Positions 25,601-38,699 of a stretch of DNA of 64,000 bases are shown one piece after another (the first letter of the stretch is position 1; each line of letters starts with the position of its first letter). The translations under genes were made by a program, and so were the position numbers. The stretch comes from Chiloscyllium plagiosum. Its lineage: Eukaryota. The notes under the pieces were generated by a model, which saw nothing but the letters and a program-made list of their open reading frames with translations, made no database searches and was not told the origin of the DNA. Where the stretch lies: the NCBI RefSeq assembly GCF_004010195.1, contig NC_057749.1, positions 21,903,998-21,967,997 of the forward strand, written 5' to 3'.

Positions 25601-28075
25601 GCCATCTCTCGCTGCTGGGCCTAACTCACCGACATCACGATGATCCCCATGCACCATCTCTCACTGCTGGGCCTAACTCACCGACATCATGATTATCCCC
25701 AATGCCATCTCTCACCGCTGGGCCTAACTCATCGATGTTACCTTGATCACCAGGTGCCATCTCTCACCCCTAGGCCTAACTCATTGAAGTCACGATGATC
25801 CCCAATGCCATCTCTCACCCCTCGGCCTAACTCACCGACATCACAATGATCACCAGGTACCATCTCTCACCCCTAGGCGTAACTCATCGAAGTCACGATG
25901 ATCCCCAATGCCATCTCTCACCCCTAGGCCTAACTCATCGAAGTCACGATGATCCCCAATGCCATCTCTCACCTCTAGGCCTAACTCACCGACATCACAA
26001 TGATCACCAGGTGCCTTCTCTCACCGCTGGGCTAACTCACCGACGTCACGATTATCACATGCGCCATCTCTCACCACTGGGCCTAACACACCGATGTCAC
26101 GATGATCCCCAATGCCACCTCTCACCGCTGGGCCTAACTCACCGACGTCACGATGATCCCCAGGTGCCATCTCTCACCTCTGGGCCCAACTCATCGAAGT
26201 CACGATGGTCCCCAATGCCATCTCTCACCGTTGGGCCTAACTCACCGACATCACGATGATCCCCAGGCCCCATCTCTCACCGCTGGGCCAAACAAACAGA
26301 CATCACGATGATCCCCAGGTGGCATCTCTCACCGCTGGGCCTAACTCAGCAATGTCACGATGATCACCAGGTGCCATCTCTCACCGCTGGGCCTAACTCA
26401 CCGACACCACGATGATCCCCAGGTGCCATCTCTCACCGCTGGGCCTAACGCACCGACGTCACGATGATCACCAGGTGCCATGTCTCACCGCTGGGCCTAA
26501 CTCACCGACGTCACGATTATCACATGCGCCATCTCTCACCGCTGGGCCTAACACACCGATGTCACGATGATCCCCAATGCCACCTCTCACCGCTGGGCCT
26601 AACTCAACGATGATCCCCAGGTGCCATCTCTCACCTCTGGGCCCAACTCATCGAAGTCACGATGGTCCCCAGTGCCATCTCTCACCGTTGGGCCTAACTC
26701 ACTGACATCACGATGATCCCCAGGCCCCATCTCTCACTGCTGGGCCAAACAAACAGACGTCACGATGATCCCCAGGTGGCATCTCTCACCGCTGGGCCTA
26801 ACTCAGCAATGTCACGATGATCACCAGGTGCCATCTCTCACCGCTGGGCCTAACTCACCGACGTCACGATGATCCCCAATGCCATCTCTCACAGCTGGCC
26901 CTAACTCACCGACGTCACGATTGATCCCCAATGCCATCTCTCACCGCTGGGCCTAACTCATTGAAGCCACGATGATCCCCAGGTGCCATCTCTCACCGCT
27001 GGGCCTAACGCACCGACGTCACGATGATCACCAGGTGCCATGTCTCACCGCTGGGCCTAACTCACCGATGTCACGATGATCCCCAATGCCATCTCTCACC
27101 GCTGGGCCTAACTCATTGAAGTCACGATGATCCCCAGGTGCCATCTCTCACCGCTGGGCCTTAATCACCGACGTCACGATGATCTCCAGGTGCCATCTCT
27201 CACCGCTGGTCCTAACTCACCGACATCACGATGATCCCAGGCACCATCTCTCACCGCTGGGCCTAACTCACAGATGTCACGATGATCCCCTTTACATCTC
27301 TCACCGCTGGGCCTAACTGACCGACGTCACGATGATCCCCAAGTGCCATCTCTCACCGCTGGGCCTAACTCACCAAAGTCACGATGATCCCCAATGCCAT
27401 CTCTCACCGTTGTGCCTAACTCCCCAACGTCATGATGATCCCCATGCACCATCTCTCACCGCTGGGCCTAACTCACCGACGTCACGATGATCCCCAATGC
27501 CATCTCTCACAGCTGGCCCTAACTCACCGACGTCACGATGATCATCTTTTGCCATCTCTCACCGCTGGGCCTAACTCATCAACGTCACGATGATCCCCAG
27601 GCACCATCTCCCACCGCTGGACCCAACTCACCGACGTCACGATGATCCCCAATGCCATCTCTCACAGCTGGCCCGAACTCACCGACGTCACGATGATCAT
27701 CTTTTGCCATCTCTCACCGCTGGGCCTAACTCATCAACGTCACGATGATCCCCAGGCACCATCTCCCACCGATGGACCCAACTCACCGACGTCACGATGA
27801 TCACCAGGTGCCATGTCTCACCGCTGGGCCTAACTCACCGATGTCACGATGATCCCCAATGCCATCTCTCACCACTGGGCCTAACTCATTGAAGTCACGA
27901 TGATCCCCAGGTGCCATCTCTCACCACTGGGCCGAACTCATCGAAGTCACGATGATCCCTAATGCAATTTCTCACCGCTGGGCCTAACTCATTGAAGTCA
28001 CGATGATCCCCAGGTGCCATCCTTCGTCACTGGGCCTAACTCATCGAAGTCACGATGATCCCCAATGCCATCTCG
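19640..28075. repeat. CpG-rich 51/52-bp tandem array (~8.4 kb, roughly 160 units)
   Basis: Unit GCCATCTCTCACCGCTGGGCCTAACTCACCGACGTCACGATGATCCCC(AGGT/AAT) repeats head-to-tail with no unique spacers. Confidence 0.97.
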
Positions 28076-28815
28076 GCGTTCTGTTTGTTGTAGTGGCTGA
28101 TATATTTGGTCGAGGTCAATGTGCTTGTAGATGGAGTCCGTAGATGCGTACCATGTGTGTGACTACTAGAGACAGCTGGTCGTGGCGTTTAGTGGCTCAT
28201 TGGTGTTCGTGGATGCAGACTGATAATTATCTGCCTATGTCGTGTCCTAACAGCCAGACTTCTCCAACTACTCAGATTCATGACAACCCATAAACCAACA
28301 GCCACGCTCAGACAACTCACCAGAACAAAAGACCCAATACCCATCATGTGGAAAAGAAACATCGTTTCCAAGAATCCATGCAAATTCTGCATGAAACTCT
28401 GTATAGGACAAACAGGCAGACAACTAGCAATGAACACCAACTAGCCACTAAATACCACGACAAGCTGTCCCGAGTAGCCATACACACAGATGACAAGGAT
28501 CACGAATTCGACTGGGGCAACACAACGATCATAGGACAAGCAAAATGGAGGGCAGCCAGAGAATTTCTAGAAGCTTGGCACTCATCCACGGACCCCACCA
28601 ATAAACCCATAGACCTAGACCCAGTATGCCGGCCACTACACCGAACAACTGGAACCGCTAACCGAGAAGCAGCAGAAACAGGACCAAATCAATTCAGCAG
28701 ACACAGTACAGCAGCACTTCACAGGAGGCTCCAAAGCCCTGAAGATATCACCTAGAGAGGGGCCGAAAAGTCTGTAAACCAACTTCCTAGTTTGGTGAAC
28801 ATACCCACAACTACA
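28076..28815 (+). mobile_element. Penelope-like family B fragment (GIY-YIG) with inverted 5' piece
   Basis: Encodes CIGQTGRQL...EHQLATKYHDKLSRVAIHTDDKDHEFDW...REFLEAWHS. 28076-28215 is an inverted, diverged copy of internal parts. Degenerate hammerhead at about 28737-28778. Confidence 0.85.
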
Positions 28816-29744
28816 GCATTAGATTTAATCCTACAATTGGATAATTTATGCTGAATAATCCTGAGTGTGTGAGGAGTTACACTGACAATCAATTTCAAAA
28901 TGGCAGTCAGACTCGTAGTGTGGCACAGTTATGTTTACCAAAAGATACATACGTTTATATACAGGGCCCTAATCTTTGCAGACAGAAAGAACATACATAT
29001 ACACTGCACCTGTTTCAAGGCAACAGAATAGGTTTAAGCCATTCTCTGGTTCATCTCTCAAAGCAATGCCTTGACCAATCAGAATCAACCTGATTGGTTT
29101 AAAGGTTTTTAAAAAAGCATGACAGTTAACTGCCGATCATCATGAACGGATGCTTTTCCATAGCAATGTACTTACCAATTAGGGTCCACTTGACAACCAA
29201 TAAGCACTTCCCTTGCATGCATTAGAGAATGCTGTCTGGGATTTTATAGAAGACTGAGCAATTATGTGTATGATTTGTGGTAGAATTGAATAAAGAGTTC
29301 AACAAGACCAATCTTGACCTCAGCTCCACCTTTTGCGTTTTTGACAAGTGGCTTGCTGAGTTTCTTGCTCCTCAACATTGAGCCGCCAATGCAATGGGAT
29401 TAACACTTGTTAACTGCATAGTTAATGTGCCAACTTGCAAATTAATATTAAGCTTTGCATCATTCAAATTTCGCTAAGCACGCTACATGTTGAGAAAGGT
29501 TGACCTGGTGAATCCAACTTACTGCTTCATCCAAAGGCCCTTTATGTTGGATACGAGGTGCCAACATCTCAGGGCAGGCTCCATGGATGTTGGCCACAGA
29601 CCCCTGTATCCACAGTCCTTGTCTGCTGGATAACAGCTAACGTGACAGTGGCTCATGGGCAGTTGGACCCATGTGCAATTGAAGGAAGAGATCAATAAAG
29701 AGTGCTGCACTAGCTCCCTTCAATGCCTATGCAGAAGCAAAATT

Positions 29745-30200
29745 TATCAGAGTCATACAGCACAGAAACAGACCAACAAGTCCATGCCGACCATAATCCC
29801 AAATAAACCTCGTCCCACCTGCCTGCGCTTAGCCCATATCCCTCCAATCCTTTCCTATTCATGTCCTTATCCAAATGTCTTTTAAATGTTGCAACAGTGC
29901 CCATGTCCACCACTCCCTCATTTCACACATGAACTCCAGGTGCTCCGGTTTCCTCCCACAGTCCAAAGATGTGCAGGGTCAGGTGAATTGGCCACGCTAA
30001 ATTGCCCATAGTGTTAGGTTAAAGGGGTAAATGTAGGGGTAGGGGTATGGGTGGGTTGCGCTTCGGCGGGTCAGTGTGGACTTGTTGGGCCGAAGGGCCT
30101 GTTTCCACCCTGTAAGTAATCTAATCTAATCTAACTACCCTCAATGTAAAACAATTGCCTCTCACGTCATTTTTAAATCTATCTCCTCTCACCTTAAAAA
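29745..30200. mobile_element. CR1 3' fragment (-) with nested truncated HE1 (+, about 29935-30133)
   Basis: CR1 tail motif TFKRHLDKDMNRKGLEGYG. HE1 body ending in (AATCT)n. Confidence 0.8.
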
Positions 30201-30309
30201 AGGTTAAATCTGGAGTTAGGATTGCAGGGGGCAGTTGTAGGAGTATTGAATGATGTAGGTTAGATTTACTGGCGATAAAACAACTTACAACATGTACAGC
30301 CAAATGATG

Positions 30310-30900
30310 ACAAGAATTCGCAGATGGATAAACTTTGGAACATAAGTGAACATTGGCAAAACCAAAGTAATGCCCACCTCAGAATTACCAAGTAATGTTC
30401 GTGGGTGAAAGCGAGCTAGAACAGGGACAAGGATTCAAACATTTTGGAAACATAATATCTGCAGGTGAGAGATGCAACAAAGCAGTAGGAACATGGGTAG
30501 CAATGGGAAGGGCCATATTTGGTCTGAGGAAATGGTTGCTTGTTGCAAAGCTGTAGAAACAATTCAAGAAGCAACTTGTGAAGATGTCAACTTGGAATAC
30601 TGTTCTCAAACAGATGTGAGACCTGACCTTGTAGAAGGAGAATTTGCTGAAAGGAGACTTTGAAACGTGCATTTGGAGCAGAATGGGCAGGATCAGTTGG
30701 ATACACAACGCTGACAAATTCTCAAGTGCTGAATGAACAAAGAAATTTGTAATGAGGTGCAGACAGAGTCTGGGTAGGAAACATCTTTAGAGGAAATGGA
30801 TTAGTAAGAGGCATATGTTGGGAAGAAAGCACAGAAGAGGAAGAAATGCTGGGTGGCTTAGTAAGTGAAGGAAGTTATTGGCAAATATAAAGATGAGCAT
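30310..30900 (+). mobile_element. Degraded RTE-type LINE fragment
   Basis: Frames give VNIGKTKVM...ELEQGQGFKHFGNII and FETCIWSRMGRISW...LTNSQVL, typical of the RTE post-RT region. Confidence 0.65.
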
Positions 30901-33494
30901 ATGATGGAGAGACGGAAAGATTATTAAGAGCTAAGGGTGCATGATGTTGATGGTGAAGTAAGAGAGAGAGGAATGTCAGCTCAACTGATACACCCCAACC
31001 CCTCATTATTCTTGCACAATTACTCTTCGGAACCTAAAGACTACCTTATTGCCATTGCGACCCTGGGTACGATGCAGGGCTGAGGGTGACAGTCCAGATA
31101 ACCAGCCTTGACCTCCAAGGTTCAGTCTACAAAAGGTTCAGAGGCCTGGCTTAATGTACAAACAGCCGTGGATAAATTCTAGTCTCACAAAGAGAAAAGC
31201 ACCAGAAATGGGAATCGGGATAGCCATGAGCCAGAGGAGACACTGGTTTCAGACTGTGCCTGTCGGCGCAAAGACTAGTTCAGCTGATGCAGCCCTTCCT
31301 GAGAGTGGGGCAAAGTATCAAATTCTAGCAACAAATACGTTGAAAGAATTGGGAGCAATGGAGAACAGTATGGAGCACCCAAGAGCAAAGCGATCAAATT
31401 AACTTCTAAATCTGAAGAAAACAGGAGGCAGCAGCAGAGAGACCTCCCCACACCTTCCCCTCACTCTCCCCTCTTCCCTCCTTGAGGTATAGAAGAGACC
31501 GCCTGGTCTCCTCCTATTCTCATCTAACAGCTCTGCAGGGCTGATGGCCTGTCCCATTCCATGGGGTTAGGTCCATCGGGCAGGATGAAGAGGCTAAATA
31601 GTCTCTCTCTCTCTCTCTTTCTAACTTCTCAGGTATCCTGTGTTGCATGACATCAAAGCAATCTCCTGGTCGCCTGGGATTCAGACAGGTTTAACAGCAA
31701 AGGGGGTCTCACCCGTCAGAGTCGAGGGTGTGGTGCTGGAAAAGCACAGCAGGTCAGGCAGCATCCGAGGAGCAAGGCACGTGCTCCCTGTGGTTAGGGA
31801 GCTGGGCAAAAAGAAAATCAGGCCTACGTCCTTGTGAATGTGCAATCCTCCCCTCCAACCTTCATCTACACGCAGTGTCTCCATCATTTGATATGACCAT
31901 GCACAGAAGTGGGCTATTCTCTCTCCGTCCTTGATAGACCTTCTTGGACCTCTGCCCCATTCTGTAAAAATTGTCTGGGATTCTGAAAAACAGCAGTGAA
32001 GTTGGGTGAATTTATTACGGCCCACCGAGAGTCTTGGAATAAACGTTACCCTTCAGCAGCAATGGAGACCACCCAGTTTATTATTGATGCTCCCTGTTCC
32101 AGTGTGAGTAATGATCTCGATTACCAGTTCTCCCTGGAGGAGCTCATTTCATGGTGTCGGCAGCTGGAGGAAGAGGCAAAACAATGGGATAAGGGTGAGC
32201 CCGGAACACCACAGTAGCCTGGAGCTCCAGCTCTCTCCAGGGATGGGAACAAGCTGCTTATTACAAGGGCCATCGGTGGGATGGCAAATTAATGGTTGCT
32301 AGTTATAGCAGGGTGCACGGCCTGAACAATGCAGATTGATATCGGGGCCACACAGACATTACAGTATCAGACACAATCAGTGCTGCTCATACAGCACGGG
32401 ACATGACACTCCCTCTATTGCTGTCATCAAGCAGCCTAAGCTAAGAACGAAACACACTGATGCTCCAGGACAAATCTGAAAGATCTGATGATCAATGAAT
32501 CCTGGATGAGTACAGGTTTGATGGTGGGACATATTGGATTTGTAGATGGTGTGACCCCAATTGTGGTTAGAGCGAGTCTGAGATGGGGAGGAGGGGATGA
32601 GGGATTTGCTACTTTGGTGCCTGAAGGCGATAGCTTGTGTATGGGGATAAATCTGTTGGGGATGAGTCTGACGGGTTGGTTGAGTTTGTCCGGGGTTGCT
32701 TTGGTGAGTCGGACAGAGAAGGGTGTATCTGACAGGGGGCGTGTTTGTTGGATCTGATGTGACTGGGTGATTTAATGAGTCTAACAGAGAGCGGGGTGGG
32801 TGATTGACAGGAATGGGTCAATCTGATGGGGAGAATGCATTGGGGGAGTCTGCTAGGATGAGGATGGACCCAACTCTATCTTGAAGCAAAGACAGTTGGG
32901 AGTCCATGTGTTGGCACATCAGTGGGCAAGATCCCAATCGCGCACACTGCCAGGGTTACACACAGGCAACCGTAGAAGAAGGGCCACATCAGCTTTGAAG
33001 CATTAACTTGGTTTCTCTCTCCACCAGATGCTGCTAGACTTGCTGAGTTTCTCCAGCACTTTCTGTTTGTTTCAGGTTCCCAGCTCTGTTATTTAAAAGA
33101 GGGTCCCTAGAGTATTGGATAAGAAGCTGGGAGGGCACTGAGTTGTGATTAGGGTCGAAGAGGCCGTGTTTATGTTGAGGGCAGCAGGTCCTCATGGAGC
33201 ACTCTCTGGGGGGAGTGGGACTAGATGGTGAGGAACATTGATGCCTGCAGTTTGGTCCTGAGTCCTAGTAGATATGCAAGAAATTCAATGACCTTACCCA
33301 AGAGGTTAGCATCAGTGAAAGCATCTTCACATCATATCTGCCAGGGTACTACAGTGGCAACCCCTCATGTCACCCCCCCATCACTGACTCCCTGTACTCA
33401 GGGCTTGCCTGGAATATTCACATCCTCCACCTCACATCACCCTCCCCTCTCATACGCATCCAGATATTCAGTTATAGCAACCAGATCATTAGGG

Positions 33495-33792
33495 AAGCAT
33501 GGTGGCTCAGTGGCTAGCACTGTTGCCTCACAGCGCCAGGGACCCAGGTTCGATTCCTGCCTTGGACAACTGTCTGTGTGGAGTTTGCACATTCTACCTG
33601 TGTCTGTGTGCATTTCCTCCTATAGTCCAAAGATATGCTGGTTAGGGTTGATTGGCCATGCTAAATTGTACATAGTGTTCACAGATGTGTAGGTTAGGTG
33701 CATTAGTTAGGGGTCTGGGTGGGCTATTCTTTGGAGGGTTGGCGTTGACTTGTTGAGCTGAATGGCCTGTTTCCACACTGTAGGAATTCTAT
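33495..33792 (+). mobile_element. HE1-type SINE
   Basis: Head and tail motifs present. Confidence 0.85.
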
Positions 33793-34576
33793 ACAAACAT
33801 CACCCAATGTAATGTTCTGCCATTTCCCTTGCAGGGGCTATGATTCTAGAAAGGAGAAGCTTGGATCCAGAGGAGAGCAAAGGTGTCCTCAACTCTGCTG
33901 AGATGGTTCTGCACATCATAAGACCATCAGCTACAGCGAGTACGGCTGGCCACATTGAGAATGATAACATGCTGCCATTATGAACCCTTCATTACTCCCA
34001 GTAGGCCCTCTGCCTGCTATTTGACAGAATTGAGCAAGATGCGATAGTGTATGTTTCCGACCCCATGCTGCCTTCCCTCACTGTAACCTCTCCTCCACTG
34101 AATCCCTCTGCCATGGTCTGACTGGCCAACCACAGTAGCCCCGGGAGGGAGAGCCAGCATTCATTACACAGAGCAACAAGCTCCCTCTCCTGACCAGGCA
34201 CAAACTCAGTTTGTGACGCTTCAGTTACAGTGGAGACTAATCACTGTGTTTGGTGATATACAGCCATGCTGGGGGGAGGGGGGTGGGGGTGGTGGGGAGA
34301 TGGCATTGTGTGCCAGCTGACCCAGAGGACGACACCTGAGACACCCACTGAGTGGTGATGTCATTTGCTGACTCCTACATAGCAAAAGGTGAAGGTTGGT
34401 ATTCAGCCATGGCTCTGTGGAATATCTGCTCCACTCCATGCTAGCCCCTCTTTACTGGGTCCTCATTAACCTGGTTCCTTTCTCAGTATTACCCTACCAT
34501 TCTGCACTGGAGGCTATTGTAACAGCCTGAGTAGACCACTCCACATCAGATTACGCACCTTTTATACACCCACCCA

Positions 34577-34888
34577 TTAGATTCCCTATAGTGCGGAAAC
34601 AGGCCCTTCGGCCCAACCAGTCCACACCAACCCGACGAAGACTAATCCACCCAGATTCATTTCCCTCTGACTAATGCACCTAACACTATGGGCAAGTTAG
34701 CATGGCCAATCCACCCTAACCTGCACATCTTTGGACTGTGGGAGGAAACCGGAGCACCCGGAGGAAACCCACACAGACACGGGGAGAATGTGCAAACTCC
34801 ATACAGACAGTCGCCTGAGGGTGGAATCAAACCCGGGTCCCTGGTGCTGTGTGGCAGCAATGCTAACCACTGTGCCACCGTGCTGCCC
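34577..34888 (-). mobile_element. HE1-type SINE
   Basis: Near-complete copy on the minus strand. Confidence 0.9.
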
Positions 34889-35244
34889 CTTTTTAAAAAA
34901 AAATGCCTCCAGGACTTGTTGCTGATTTTAACAACCTTTGCTATCATTTTGCATATAAACAATTCCCTTCCCACTCCACCATGCACTGTCTGTGTTTTGC
35001 TGGCTTTGGTGTCAGCAGAACACCATTTCACGCCTAACATTTTTTTAGATTGCACACCTAACTGCCCATTACACACCCAACCACCCATTACACGCCTAAC
35101 CGCCCATTACACACCCAACCGCCCATTACATACTCAACCACCTATTACACACTCAACTACCTATTGCACACCCACTTACCCTTACACACTTAACTGCCCA
35201 TGACACACCCAATTTCCCATTACATATCTGACCACCCATTACGA

Positions 35245-36436
35245 ACTGATTAAAGACTGATTAGGGATAGTCAACATGGCTTTGTCCGTGGGAAATCATG
35301 TCTCATGAACTTGATGGAGTTTTTTAAAGAAGTAAAAGGAGGATTGATGAGGGCAGAGCGGTGGATGTGATCTATATGGATAAGGCATTTGACAAGGTTC
35401 CCCATGGGAGACTAATTAGCAAGGTTAGATCACATGGGATACAGGGAAAACTCGCCATTTGGATATAGAACTGGCTCAAAGGTAGAAGACAGAGGGTGAT
35501 GGTGGAGGGTGGTTTTTCAGACTGGTGGCCTGTAACCAGTGGAGCGGTGTGTCCACTACTTTTAGTCATTTCTATAGGTGTAGTGTAGTGGACAGCAAAG
35601 AAGGTTACCTCAGAGTACAATAGGATCTTGATCAGATGGGCCAATGGGCCGAAGAATGGCAGATGGAGTTTAATTTAGGTAAATGGGAGGTGCTGCATTT
35701 TGGGAAAGCAAATCTTAGCAGGACTTATACACTTAATGGTAAGGTCCTAGGGAATGTTGCTGAACAAAGAGACCTTTGAGTGCAGGTTCATAGCTCCTTG
35801 AAAGTAGATTAAAGTTAGTAGGTAGATCGAATAGTGAAGAAGGAATTTGGTATGCTTTCCTTTATTAGCCAGAGTATTGAGTATAGGAGCTGGGAGGTCA
35901 TGTTGTGGCTGTATAGTACATTGTTGGAATATCGTGTGCAATTCTGGTCTCCTTCCTATCGGAAGGATGTTGGGAAACTTGAAAGGGGGTTCAGAAAAGA
36001 TTTACGCTGATGTTGCCAAGGTTGGAGGATTTGAGGTATAGGGAGAGGTTGAATAGGCAGGGGCTGTTTTCCCTGGAGCGTTGGATGCTGAGGGGTGACC
36101 TTATAGAGGTTTATAAAATTATGAGGGGAATGGATTAGATAAACAGACAACGTCTTTTACCTGGGTGAGAGGGGAAAGATATAAAAGGGACCTAAGGGGC
36201 AACATTTTCACGAAAAGCGTGGTGCATGTTTGGAATGAACTGCCAGAGGAAGTGGTGGAGGCTGGTACAATTACAGCATTTAAAGGCATCTGAATGGGTA
36301 TATGAATAGGAAGGATTTGCAGGGTAATGGGCCAAGTGCTGGCAAATGGGACTGGATTACGTTAGGATATCTGGTTGGCATGGACGGGTTGGATCGAAGG
36401 GTCTTTTTCCGTGCTATACATCTCTATGACTCTCTG
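35245..36436 (+). mobile_element. CR1/HER1-type LINE, decayed RT and 3' end
   Basis: Encodes LIRDSQHGFVRGKSCL.NL.EFF...KAFDKVPH.RL and continues to a CTCTATGACTCT tail. It has internal deletions and frameshifts. Confidence 0.9.
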
Positions 36437-36439
36437 ACT

Positions 36440-37890
36440 CCACACACCAACCACCCTTTGCACAACCAATCATCCATTGCACACCTAAGGGCCCATTATA
36501 TACTGAACTGTCTATTGCACACCAAACTGCCAATTGCACACCCAACTACCAATTCCACACCTAACTGCCTAATACACACCCAACTACCTATTACACACTC
36601 AAACACCCATTACACACCTAACCATCCATTACACAACCAACCATCTCTTTCACACCCAACTACCCATTATACACCCAACCTCCCATTACACTCCCAATGA
36701 TCCACTACACAGCCACCACTGCCTGTTACACACCCAACTGCCTGTTACACACCCAACTGCCTGTTACACACCCAACTGCCTGTTACACACCCAACTGCCT
36801 GTTACACACCCAACTGCCTGTTACACACCCAACTGCCTGTTACACACCCAACTGCCTGTTACACACCCAACTGCCTGTTACACACCCAACTGCCTGTTAC
36901 ACACCCAACTGCCTGTTACACACCCAACTGCCTGTTACACACCCAACCACCCCATTACATACCCAACTGCCTGTTACACACCCAACTGCCTGTTACACAC
37001 CCAACTGCCTGTTACACACCCAACTGCCTGTTACACACCCAACTGCCTGTTACACACCCAACTGCCTGTTACACACCCAACTGCCTGTTACACACCCAAC
37101 TGCCTGTTACACACCCAACTGCCTGTTACACACCCAACTGCCTGTTACACACCCAACTGCCTGTTACACACCCAACTGCCTGTTACACACCCAACTGCCT
37201 GTTACACACCCAACTGCCTGTTACACACCCAACCACCCCATTACATACCCAACTGCCTGTTACACACCCAACCACCCCATTACACATTCAACTGCCTGTT
37301 ACACTCCAACCACCTTATTACATACCCAATTGACTGTTAAGACACCCAATCACCCCATTACACACCCAACTGGCTGTTACACACCCAACTGGCTGTTACA
37401 CACCCAACCATCCCATTACATACTCAACTACCTGTTACACATTCAACTGCCTGTTACACACCCAACCACCCCATTACATACCCAACTGCCTGTTACACAC
37501 CCAACTGCCTGTTACACACCAACTACCCCATTACATACCCAACTGCCTGTTACACACCCAACCACCCCATTACATACCCAACTGCCTGTTACACACCCAA
37601 CTGCCTGTTACACACCTAACCACCCCATTACATACCCAACTGCCTGTTACACACCCAACTGCCTGTTACACACCCAACCACCCCATTACATACCCAATTG
37701 CCTGTTACACACCCAACCACCCCATTACATACCCAACTGCCTGTTACACACCCAACTGCCTGTTACACACCAACTACCCCATTACATACCCAACTGCCTG
37801 TTAGACACCCAACTGCCTGTTACACACCCAACCACCCCATTACATACCCAACTGCCTGTTACACACCCAACCACCCCATTACATACCTAA
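36440..37890. repeat. 19-bp minisatellite (ACACACCCAACTGCCTGTT)
   Basis: Near-pure units at about 36718-37220, mixed variant units after that, and degenerate units at 36440-36717 and 35050-35240. Confidence 0.95.
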
Positions 37891-38049
37891 GCTTTACATT
37901 CCTACTGTTGCCTACACTGTCTGTCTAGTTGACATATAGCTGGGCAGTGGGCTTATGGGAGAAACCTTCCCAAGTATTGAGAGACACATGAGTTGCACTG
38001 GGAGTGACAGGAGGTGGTGCCTGTAATAATATTCTTCATCAATAACACC

Positions 38050-38675
38050 ATAAGGTTTAAGAGCAGGAGTAGGCTGTTCAGCTCATCGAAGCTGCTCCCC
38101 CATTCAATGACATCATGGCTGATCTGATAATCCTCAACTCCACGTTCCTGCCTTTTCCCGTCACCCTCAATCCCCTTACTGATTTAAAACTTGTCTATCT
38201 TAGCCTTGAATACACTGAATGAGCCAGCCTCAACAGCCCTGTGCACCAAAAATTTCCACAAATCCACTCCCCTCTGAGAAAAGTGATTACTCCTCATCTC
38301 TGTCTTCAATGGGCAACCCGTGATTCTGGGATGATGCCCTCTGTCCCTAGACTCTCCCACATGTGAGAACAATTTTTCCACATCTACCCTGTCAAGACCC
38401 TGAAGAATCTTGTGTGTTTCAGCGAGGTCACTGGTCATTCTTCTAAACTCCAATCAGTACAGATCCAACCTACTCAACCTCTCCTCATTAGAGGTAGTAG
38501 TGGCAGGCACGAAAGATTCATTTAAGGTGCATCTGGACAGATGCATGAATAGGTGGAGAGCAGAAGGACAGAGATGCTTAGGAATTGGGCGATAGGTTTA
38601 GACATTAGATTTGGATCGTCTCAGGCTTGGAGGGCCGAAGGATCTGTTCCTAGGCTGTATATTTTCTTTGTTCTT
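38050..38675. mobile_element. CR1-type 3' fragments (38050-38490 -, 38488-38675 +)
   Basis: Encode EFRRMTSDLAETHKILQGLDRVD and SFKVHLDRCMN. Confidence 0.8.
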
Positions 38676-38699
38676 TGACTGTCCCTCCGTACCTGGTGT

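Noticed and set aside
19640..28075. CRISPR-like array, or a repeat protein with 17-aa units (GDHRDVGELGPAVRDGI)
   Set aside because: Units are contiguous with no unique spacers and there are no cas genes in this eukaryotic context. Mixed 51/52-bp units break the frame constantly.
28915..29230. CCAAT-rich promoter or LTR-like segment
   Set aside because: Several CCAAT motifs are present, but I could not define termini, a TSD or an associated transcript.
36697..37890. 397-aa ORF, the longest in the window
   Set aside because: Translation of a stop-poor 19-bp minisatellite.
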